From Candidatus Kuenenia stuttgartensis (lineage in GTDB: Bacteria; Planctomycetota; Brocadiia; Brocadiales; Brocadiaceae), in contig NZ_LT934425.1 of NCBI RefSeq assembly GCF_900232105.1, positions 1,740,001-1,772,000 of the forward strand: DNA of 32,000 nt, written 5' to 3'. The notes under the pieces were generated by a model, which was not told the origin of the DNA, did no database searches, and saw only the letters and a program-made list of their open reading frames with translations. Made by a program: the position numbers and the translations under genes. This document shows positions 16,795 to 24,360 of this stretch, in pieces (positions within the stretch are counted from its first letter, which is position 1; every line of letters starts with the position of its first letter).

Positions 16795-17775
16795 TTAAAC
16801 AGAAAAAATCTCCGACTCTATATCTTCAACATAACTGTAAACTAATATACCTGAGTCTTTTGCAAATTCCATAGCCTTTTTATCTACCATTGGCGAGATC
16901 ACAATAAGCTTCCGGGCCTTTCTGTTATGTTTTTTCTGATAGAAATCTACTTTTTTCTGAAATATATACATATCTGATTTGCTAATAGATGACTTTATCT
17001 CACATATCATAAAATGCCCGTTTTTTATCACTAAATCTAATTCTATCTGTTCAGGACGTCCAAAAATTATCCCTTCCTCATCATATTCAATGACATTAAT
17101 TACATCTAATCCGGAAACCTCTCTCAATATTCCCTTCAAGGCATTCCTGAATGATTGTTCAGTCCTTAATCCCCACCGGGCGCCTAATGCGCCGATAGTG
17201 CTGTCATATTTCCGGTCCATCTTTTTGATAGATTCCATGATATCGCGAATAACCTTCTGGTTTTCTTCCCATTTACTTTCCTGTTTGTCCCACCGTTCAG
17301 CCTGCTCCTGCCAGCGCTGATCTTGTTTTTTCCACTTCTCTATCTGTTCCTGCCAGCGCTTATCTTGCTCTTCCCACTTCTCAGCCTGCTCCCACCAGCG
17401 TTTATCTTGTTCCTTCCGCTGCTCAGTCTGTTCCTGCCAGCGTTTATCTTGCTCTTCCCACTTCTCAGCCTGTTCCCACCAGCGTTTATCTTGTTCCTTC
17501 CGCTGCTCAGTCTGTTCCTGCCAGCGTTTGTCTTGTTCTTTCCACTTCTCAGCCTGCTCCCACCACCGATTGGTATCCTCCAACCATTTCCTGTTTTGTG
17601 TCTCTCTGTCTTCTGCAAGCTCTCTCAGTATCTTGTCAAACCGGTCTTCTGTCGTATCTTTGCCAGCAAAACATTCTTTAGAAATATGCAAGATAAAATC
17701 TTGTATCTCTTTGTCATGTTTAATAATATCCGGCAGTTCTTTGAGGATTATCTCGCGGATTTCTTTGGTTTTCAT
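16795..17775 (-). CDS. Trp-heptad repeat protein with C-terminal PD-(D/E)XK-like nuclease core
   Basis: 326 aa. Residues 64-169 form a W-every-7 repeat. The C-terminus has D247 (IELDLV) and E259-I-K261 (ICEIKSS) in a beta-rich context typical of PD-(D/E)XK. It resembles DUF3782/DUF1626-type proteins from memory (unverified). Confidence 0.75.
   Translation of the reverse strand: MKTKEIREIILKELPDIIKHDKEIQDFILHISKECFAGKDTTEDRFDKILRELAEDRETQNRKWLEDTNRWWEQAEKWKEQDKRWQEQTEQRKEQDKRWWEQAEKWEEQDKRWQEQTEQRKEQDKRWWEQAEKWEEQDKRWQEQIEKWKKQDQRWQEQAERWDKQESKWEENQKVIRDIMESIKKMDRKYDSTIGALGARWGLRTEQSFRNALKGILREVSGLDVINVIEYDEEGIIFGRPEQIELDLVIKNGHFMICEIKSSISKSDMYIFQKKVDFYQKKHNRKARKLIVISPMVDKKAMEFAKDSGILVYSYVEDIESEIFSV
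17269..17586 (-). repeat. Intragenic nested tandem repeat (21/42/84-bp periods)
   Basis: cctgccagcg recurs at 17307, 17349, 17433 and 17517. The 84-bp units 17349-17432 and 17433-17516 are identical at 82 of 84 positions. Confidence 0.9.
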
Positions 17776-17879
17776 AATAAATACTCAAAATATTAGTTAA
17801 CTCATTTGACTTACAGAAAATTTAAAGTTGTAGTAACGGTTAAATAAAAGTTTAACGGATTTTTGACCTTTTTCCATGC

Positions 17880-17912
17880 AAAAAAAATGGGTGTTGCCTC
17901 AGCAACACCCAT
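17880..17912 (-). terminator. Rho-independent terminator of the porin gene
   Basis: Read on the minus strand, aatgggtgttgc-tgag-gcaacacccatt is followed by a T8 run, 48 nt downstream of the porin stop. Confidence 0.75.
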
Positions 17913-17959
17913 TTCCAACCTATTTCATCAATACAAATATTCAAGCAAACACTACAGTA

Positions 17960-19630
17960 TTAGAATGTAACAGTTGTTTGTAAATAGCCCCAATGTGTAT
18001 CAAAATCACCGGCGTTCTTCTCGATCCAGTCCTCAGCGCCGAACCATGAATATCCAGCAAGGATACCTACATTTTTATACAATTGATAGCTTACCGTAAA
18101 ATCAACCTCCTGCGCCAGATTGTCATCGTTAGAATAACCGCCGGCTGGACGTGCAGCAACAAGACCGGCAGCTGCGTTATACCAACCATCTTCTTCCTCG
18201 GCCAGCAGGAAGTAGTGATAATCCACCTGCATCATTAATTTATCGGTTGGGTTAACCTTTAAACTAGGCCTGAAGTCATGCATATTCTGCCATGAAACCA
18301 AATCGATAAAACCGTAGTTGCCCTGCATGTGGTTTGTGGGATAGAGATTATCAAAGGTCTCGTGATCCCCATCTGTTGGATCATCGTCACCCGAAGCAAA
18401 GGCATATTCAAACCCTATGCGAGGAGTCCATGCCACATCCTTAAAGGTATATCCAACCCTGCCTGCAAATGCCCATGCCTCATGGTCAAGATCACCGACA
18501 TCACCGGTCTGACCGTGGGATTCCAATGTATAATCTACGGCATCCATGTTTGGCAATTTACCGTCAATCCTTACGCCGAAATCATGAATAATGGTGTTTC
18601 CCTTCCCAGCCCCTGTATGAGCACTAACAGCAGCGGTTTCGTCCTGATTATTCTTTTGTATATACATAAGCTCAATCAAAGCACCCGGCAAGAGCTTTTT
18701 AAACGATAACATACCAGCATATACATTTTCATCAGAATTCCCGCTGCCATCCACGGCGTAGGAAAGGTAACCATCCTCATCTACTCTCATTGCGAAGGCT
18801 TCTGCATGGATAGCATCCGTATCCCACATAACCCTGCCGCCATCAAATACACGCCCCTGATTAGACCAGACTAAGTTACCGATAACCCTGTGATCGCCCC
18901 AGATAATTTCCTGGCGTCCCACTCTTACCGTTAACGGAAGGTCGAAAAGATTCTTTAGGTCAAAATAACCCTGGTGGATATCGATACGGTTATTTGCCCC
19001 ATCAGTGGCAAATCCAACAGTCGTACCTTCCACACCAAAAGCCCTGGAATCCTGAAGCTGGATAAATATCCTGAGATGCTCGTTTACATCCGCATCTGCC
19101 CATAGCCTAGTCTGGTTTAACACGTAATCATCATCTATAGACGATTTGGGTCTTGTCCCTGTAGCAGCACCACCAACTGGTATGGTAGGAGGGTTAAAAC
19201 CAGGTAATGTCACATCCCCTGGAAAACTGTAGTAACCATTAGCATATTCCGCCCTGGTCCTGATCGACCCACCCAGTGTTACCTTCTTTGCAAATTCTGA
19301 ATAAACATTTCCTGCAATATCCTCCGCTTTTAGCTCTTCTGCCTGTGCTGCGGTCTGAAACTCTCCTTTTAAGAAGTTTACTTCGCTCCTTAACGCCTCT
19401 AATTCTCCTTTTTCGCTTTCGCCCAAAGGAGCAGACGAAACAGCTTGGCCACCCCTTACTGTTTCTATTTGTTCCGTCAAGTTAGAAACAGAGGCCCTCA
19501 AGGCATTCAATTCTCTTTCCATGTCTTCCAGCGAGGAAGAACCAGCCCCATGCGCAAAGGGAGCAGCCGCAAAACAGAAGACAGCAGCAGCTACGCCACT
19601 AAAACACGTCTTCAAAAATTTATTTCTCAT
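17960..19630 (-). CDS. Alginate-export (AlgE-like) family outer-membrane beta-barrel porin
   Basis: It has a signal peptide (FCFAAAPFAHGA), an N-terminal coiled segment, the VRVGRQEIIWGDHRVIGNLVWSNQGRVFDGGRV motif typical of this family, and a terminal TVTF. Start set at ATG 19630, 5 nt after GGGAGG, rather than GTG 19636. Confidence 0.8.
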   Translation of the reverse strand: MRNKFLKTCFSGVAAAVFCFAAAPFAHGAGSSSLEDMERELNALRASVSNLTEQIETVRGGQAVSSAPLGESEKGELEALRSEVNFLKGEFQTAAQAEELKAEDIAGNVYSEFAKKVTLGGSIRTRAEYANGYYSFPGDVTLPGFNPPTIPVGGAATGTRPKSSIDDDYVLNQTRLWADADVNEHLRIFIQLQDSRAFGVEGTTVGFATDGANNRIDIHQGYFDLKNLFDLPLTVRVGRQEIIWGDHRVIGNLVWSNQGRVFDGGRVMWDTDAIHAEAFAMRVDEDGYLSYAVDGSGNSDENVYAGMLSFKKLLPGALIELMYIQKNNQDETAAVSAHTGAGKGNTIIHDFGVRIDGKLPNMDAVDYTLESHGQTGDVGDLDHEAWAFAGRVGYTFKDVAWTPRIGFEYAFASGDDDPTDGDHETFDNLYPTNHMQGNYGFIDLVSWQNMHDFRPSLKVNPTDKLMMQVDYHYFLLAEEEDGWYNAAAGLVAARPAGGYSNDDNLAQEVDFTVSYQLYKNVGILAGYSWFGAEDWIEKNAGDFDTHWGYLQTTVTF

Positions 19631-19838
19631 ATACACCTCCCAATCATTAATAAACAGACCTCAAACTAAAACAGAATCACAACTAAATACACAAACAAAA
19701 TTTAAAACCCGTATGTTAACGTAACCTTATAATATAACGCCTCCTTTCTCCTCCTCCTAGATTTGTTATACTCTCTAAAAAATTTAGCCGAACAAACAGC
19801 TACATGGCTAAGCGATAAAGATAACCTTGACGGAAACC

Positions 19839-19866
19839 ATTGTAGCCTCAATTCTCAAATTGTCAA
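19839..19866 (-). promoter_or_regulatory. Sigma70-like promoter candidate for the porin gene
   Basis: On the minus strand: TTGACA (19866-19861), a 16-nt spacer, then TACAAT (19844-19839). This implies a 5' UTR of about 200 nt. Confidence 0.4.
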
Positions 19867-20526
19867 ACAATTTTTTGCACATAGTATACATATCGCACCT
19901 GAATACTGGCGGACCATTCATGAAACTGCAATTACATTTGGCAGTAATAAAGCATTACACATCCCCTCCGGTTGCTATTTCTGGTGAAGTAAAGGACACA
20001 TAAGATACCTCAATCTTACCGATTACAATAACAAGCGCAGACCATTTCTTACCACAAATACTTTAATGCTTATAATAAAAAGGGAATACCTCACATCAAA
20101 ATCAAACGACTTGTATATAGCAAGCAAGAGAGAACATTTGAAGCCACATATCCGAACATAACCCCTTTAACGTTCGACCCGTTTTTGGATGACAGCCTCT
20201 TAATTTGCTTAGTTCAATCGGGACGCCAGAATTTGTCAGTACATCAAAAATCCAAAGATTCATTATACGTCACAAATCGCAAGCCAAATGTTACATTTTA
20301 CGAAAAACGCCTTTATAATACACTGTAATATTAAAGAGACAGGCGATAGGGCAACATGCCCATCACTACAAAGCAATTTATTGAATACTTGTACAAGCGG
20401 AGATGGTCTTTTCAAACCTAAATAAGCCGTTGCAAAGTGAAATACACTTTCCGAATTACGATTTTACTCTTAACCAAAGAACCACTTAACGCGCTTTTCA
20501 GAAAGTCCTTTTTTTTAAATTTTTTG

Positions 20527-20554
20527 TTGACTCCCAAAGACCTGCCCTTATAAT
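20527..20554 (+). promoter_or_regulatory. Near-consensus sigma70 promoter for the SPFH pair
   Basis: TTGACT (20527-20532), a 16-nt spacer, then TATAAT (20549-20554), about 90 nt upstream of ATG 20647. Confidence 0.5.
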
Positions 20555-20646
20555 TATACACTTTGCAGCAAATCAATGCAACATTCGCTTAAATAGCTTA
20601 ACAACAATAAATTAAATAGCTTTTCGTTAAAAAGGTACTCTTTACT

Positions 20647-21831
20647 ATGGACAAAGACTTCAAACCAAAAAGTAAAAAATTCCACCTCTACAGGAAGACT
20701 TTTGTATCGGTACTTGTTCTGGCTTTTATCGCTGGAGGTATTTACGGCGGCAAAGAGCTAAGCTGGAAAGAACTTGCGCCAGACGAAGTAGCCGTAATCG
20801 TAAACAATTTAACTGGCAGCATAAAGCAAATTAATCGTGCAGGTGCGATTGTTTATTACCCTTTTATTCAGGATATTTATATATTAGACAAGCGTGAGCT
20901 GGTATTGAAGATGACGGCCGCTGAGATCAATGAAAAGCAACCACAGGGAAACCCTCTTATAATAAAAACTATTGACGGTGGTGAAGTTGTGTTGGATTTA
21001 CAGATACAATATATCCTGAATCCGGAGTACGCTTCACACATAATTCAAAACACCGGCATTGGCGATGTTTACAAACAAAAATGGGTTTATGATTATGCAC
21101 GCACCATTTGTTATTACTGTTACGGAGAGCTAGGTATAGATGAATTCCCAAGCGCTTCAAAACGCGATGCAAAAGCAGACAAAGCACGACTCGAAATTAA
21201 TACTTTTTTAGAGCCGCATGGTTTTTTTCTTACTTCGATAAACCTCACAGATTATCGCTACTATAGAGAATACGCCGAAAAAATACAAGAGAGACGATTG
21301 GCTGACAAAGAAGTGGAAGAACAAAAAACCAGGGCAAAGGCGGCAATGGAAAACCAGAGGAGGGTAATCGTCGAAGAGACAAAAAAGAAAGAGGTGCGTG
21401 TGGCCAGATTCAGGGGTGATTGTGATAAAAGAATCATGGATGCAAGAGGTACTGCAGAGGCCAAGAAACAAGAGGCGGAAGCTTATTTAATAAAAGCAAC
21501 ATTTGAGGCAGAAGCCGATTTTGAGCGCTTGTCACAGGAAGCGCATGCCGTACTTGTAACGGTGAAGTCAGAGGCCGAAGGACTTGCCGCGTTAAGGGAC
21601 GCTTTTGAAGGAAACGGAAGCCGCAATCTGGTCAGACTTGAATATGCAAAACGTCTGAAAAATGCCATTGTACGCGGTGTTCCGATTGTCAGAAGCGGGA
21701 TCGAAGTACCGCAATCGATACAACGTTTCAAGTATATCGAAGACGCTCCCAAGATTGATTACTCACGCCCGGAACCTCCAGACGCGCCGATGGTTAGCCC
21801 GATGCAACCAGGTCCTCAAAAATCAGATTAA
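20647..21831 (+). CDS. SPFH/Band-7 (flotillin/prohibitin-like) membrane protein 1
   Basis: 394 aa with an N-terminal TM (FVSVLVLAFIAGGIYG), an SPFH-like core (VAVIVNNLTGSIKQINRAGAIVYYPFIQDIYILDKRE), a long A/E/K coiled-coil and a Pro-rich tail. Confidence 0.75.
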   Translation: MDKDFKPKSKKFHLYRKTFVSVLVLAFIAGGIYGGKELSWKELAPDEVAVIVNNLTGSIKQINRAGAIVYYPFIQDIYILDKRELVLKMTAAEINEKQPQGNPLIIKTIDGGEVVLDLQIQYILNPEYASHIIQNTGIGDVYKQKWVYDYARTICYYCYGELGIDEFPSASKRDAKADKARLEINTFLEPHGFFLTSINLTDYRYYREYAEKIQERRLADKEVEEQKTRAKAAMENQRRVIVEETKKKEVRVARFRGDCDKRIMDARGTAEAKKQEAEAYLIKATFEAEADFERLSQEAHAVLVTVKSEAEGLAALRDAFEGNGSRNLVRLEYAKRLKNAIVRGVPIVRSGIEVPQSIQRFKYIEDAPKIDYSRPEPPDAPMVSPMQPGPQKSD

Positions 21832-21916
21832 TGGCCGCTGTAACGGTCAATAGACACTTTTTACTGCGTATTGATATCATAATTTAACGACTCATTTTTA
21901 GAATGTAGAGGCAAAA

Positions 21917-23152
21917 ATGCACCTGGGAAAATTGACGGCAAAATATATCATTCCTATTGCGGTACTTGCGGTTATTGCGATCTCTATCGTCAGTATTAAA
22001 TTCTTCGTCATAAAGGTTGGCGCTGATCAGGTGGGAGTGAGAACCCGTGTTTGGGGTGTAAGCAGGGGTATTGTGCAAAAGGATTATGGACCTGGCTGGC
22101 ACAGGGCGATTTCGACAATAGACCAGTGGGACCTCTATGATATCACAGTGCAAACACTGGAAATGGCAAAGGAAAATTCGGGATTAGGGCACGATGAGAG
22201 AAAGCACGTTGCGATAAGAACCGCAGATGACTACGATGTGGAGGTTGATTTGGTTATTAAATACCAAATAAAAAGAGGTTCTGCCTGGAAACTCCGACAA
22301 GATCTTGGTGTCGGGGAGAGGTACAAGATAATCGTCGAGAATGAAACAAGAGACGTTGCACGTAGTGTCTTTGGAAAAATGGTGGAAAGAGATTTATACA
22401 ACCCTGAAGAAAAACGCAAAAGAGCGGAAGAATGCAGAACAAGACTCAGGGAGCGCTTAGAGTCACGATACATAGAAATTATAGATGTTTTGATTTTAGA
22501 ATTCCGGTTTGACCAGCAGCTAGACCGCAAAATTAAGAATATCAAGGTTGCGGAATTAGACTACGTATTGAATCAGTCAAAAGCATTGGCCGCGGAACAA
22601 AGAGGTATTACTCAAACAATCGAGGCTGACACGGAAGCCGTAGCACAGAAAATCTCCGCCGATAAAGAACGAGAGGTTACCGTTTTGGATGCTGAGACTA
22701 CAAAAATGGTAATTGAATATCTTGCAGAGGCGGACAAATATCTTATTGAAAAAAGGGCAGAGGGGGACAAATACAAACAGCAGCGAAAAGCGGAGGGGGA
22801 ATTGTTGATTAAATTGGCTAGGGCTGAAGGGGAAAAATTGAGACGAGAGGCCATTAAAGGATTTGGCGGTGACATTATAGTTGCAATGGAGGCAGCAAGA
22901 AATTTCAATCTTGCAGATATAAATGTTTCTACCATGGATCTGAATTTGCTAAATGTTGATGAGATGGCAACACGGCTTGGAGTTTCAGATGAAAGGGGCA
23001 AAATTCAAGTAGACACGACAACATTTGAAGAAATAAAGCAACTGTTGAAAATGACAAAAGAAGGTGTGGGCAAGTTAGACCCAAAGAGTGAGCAATGGTT
23101 GAAAGACTTTGAAAAAAGTAGAGAAAATGCGACTCTAAAGTTTGGAAATTAG
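21917..23152 (+). CDS. SPFH/Band-7 membrane protein 2
   Basis: 411 aa with an N-terminal TM (IIPIAVLAVIAISIVSIKFFVI), an SPFH-like core (DQVGVRTRVWG...GPGWH...DLYDITVQTLEM...VEVDLVIKYQI) and a coiled-coil C-terminal half. Confidence 0.75.
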   Translation: MHLGKLTAKYIIPIAVLAVIAISIVSIKFFVIKVGADQVGVRTRVWGVSRGIVQKDYGPGWHRAISTIDQWDLYDITVQTLEMAKENSGLGHDERKHVAIRTADDYDVEVDLVIKYQIKRGSAWKLRQDLGVGERYKIIVENETRDVARSVFGKMVERDLYNPEEKRKRAEECRTRLRERLESRYIEIIDVLILEFRFDQQLDRKIKNIKVAELDYVLNQSKALAAEQRGITQTIEADTEAVAQKISADKEREVTVLDAETTKMVIEYLAEADKYLIEKRAEGDKYKQQRKAEGELLIKLARAEGEKLRREAIKGFGGDIIVAMEAARNFNLADINVSTMDLNLLNVDEMATRLGVSDERGKIQVDTTTFEEIKQLLKMTKEGVGKLDPKSEQWLKDFEKSRENATLKFGN

Positions 23153-23251
23153 CTTAATATAGCCAATCAAATCTGATTTTAGAAATTTGGCGATAAAATG
23201 ACTTTCTGAAAAATAGATTTATTTGACTAAGCATACTATCAAACAACTCCT

Positions 23252-23277
23252 AAATCTCCTCTTGATAGAGGGGATTT
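23252..23277 (+). terminator. Hairpin downstream of SPFH gene 2
   Basis: aaatctcctct / agaggggattt form an 11-bp stem (one G:U pair) with loop tgat, 100 nt after the stop. There is no clean T-run beyond the stem's own TTT. Confidence 0.3.
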
Positions 23278-23567
23278 CTAATCTCCCCTATAAAAGCCGA
23301 GGGTGTATAAATTTTTCGAAAAACCTTATTTGTTTGATAATAAATATATGCGTAATGCATTTACTTTTATCGTATAAGTATGATTAATACAAATTTTTTG
23401 CGGGTATTTTCCCACTATTATTTAATACGCTGAAAATAAGTACTTTAGCAATTCAAATTTTTTTTGTAATAAATTTATAATTTATTAAGTACCAATTTAG
23501 CAATAACTTAAATACTGTGAACCGTTACGCTTTGCGATCTACTATATAATAGTTCAAGTTTTTGTAA

Positions 23568-24359
23568 TTACTCTACGGATTTTGCGCAGCGAAAACCAAT
23601 CTGTGGTGTTTCTGCATGGGGAAGGACACGATACCTTGCTGCACATCGGGCGAAGTGTCCGAAATAATGCCAGCTACCTCCACGAATAACTTTTTGTTGC
23701 CCAGATTCCGGACCCTTTGGGTTTTCACGAGGAAAAGAATAATAGTAATTTTGATCATACCAATCAGTACACCATTCCCAGACATTACCCGACATATCAT
23801 AGCAACCGTAGGGGCTTTTGCCCTGTTTATAACTTCCGACAGGAGATGTCTGCATTTTCTTTGTTTCCCAAACATTGCATCTTTCCGCATCAAATATCTC
23901 ATTCCCCCAAGGCCACAAACGCCTGTCACTGCCACGCGCTGCTTTTTCCCACTCTGCCTCTGTAGGCAAACGTTTGCCGGCCCACTCTGCGTAAGCAACC
24001 GCATCCTCCCATCTGACGCCAACAACAGGCTTGTCCGGAGTATTAAACCTTTCATCAAACCAGCAGTACGGAATACGATGCCCTGTTTCTTCTATAAATT
24101 TTGCATACTGTTCGTTTGTTACCTCATATTTATCAATGTAATAGCTGTCCAGATACACAATATGCTCCGGCCCATCATATATGTTAAATGCCAACATAAA
24201 CGTCCAATCGTAATATTTATCTTCCCCCATATAGAACTCACCCGCAGGGACATAAACCATACCCGGATACTGTTCGCCTTCTTCCGCAGCAAGTAATCCT
24301 TTTAAAAAAAATACCATAACAAAAGCGAACAAAACAATCCATCTTTTGACAATCCACAT
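23568..24359 (-). CDS. Formylglycine-generating-enzyme (SUMF1/FGE-sulfatase domain) family protein, secreted
   Basis: It has RGGSWHYFGHFARCAARYR...IGFRCA, VTNEQYAKFIEETGH and WEWCTDWY. Start taken at MWIVKRWIVLFAFVMVFF (signal/TM), 1 nt after the upstream gene's stop. Confidence 0.85.
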   Translation of the reverse strand: MWIVKRWIVLFAFVMVFFLKGLLAAEEGEQYPGMVYVPAGEFYMGEDKYYDWTFMLAFNIYDGPEHIVYLDSYYIDKYEVTNEQYAKFIEETGHRIPYCWFDERFNTPDKPVVGVRWEDAVAYAEWAGKRLPTEAEWEKAARGSDRRLWPWGNEIFDAERCNVWETKKMQTSPVGSYKQGKSPYGCYDMSGNVWEWCTDWYDQNYYYSFPRENPKGPESGQQKVIRGGSWHYFGHFARCAARYRVLPHAETPQIGFRCAKSVE

Positions 24360-24360
24360 A

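Noticed and set aside
17269-17586. CRISPR array
   Set aside because: The repeats are contiguous with no unique spacers, lie inside an ORF with a 3n period, and no cas genes are present.
17323-17800. Plus-strand ORFs (157 and 90 aa; LFPLLSLLPPAF repeats) and the 92-aa minus-strand ORF across the repeat
   Set aside because: They are alternative readings of the same tandem repeat. The 326-aa minus-strand frame is longer and continues into a recognisable D...ExK domain.
19763-19987. 74-aa plus-strand ORF in the long intergenic region
   Set aside because: It has a TTG start, no RBS and no recognisable motif, and it overlaps the predicted porin promoter and leader on the other strand.
23252-23300. 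Alternative hairpins (aaatctcctct / agaggggattt / aatctcccct) as a terminator-antiterminator switch
   Set aside because: No downstream gene on the same strand could be regulated, since the next gene is convergent. It is treated as at most a weak terminator.
23573-24296. 161-, 226- and 82-aa ORFs overlapping the FGE-family gene
   Set aside because: They are off-frame or antisense readings of a gene with clear FGE motifs, and none has independent support.
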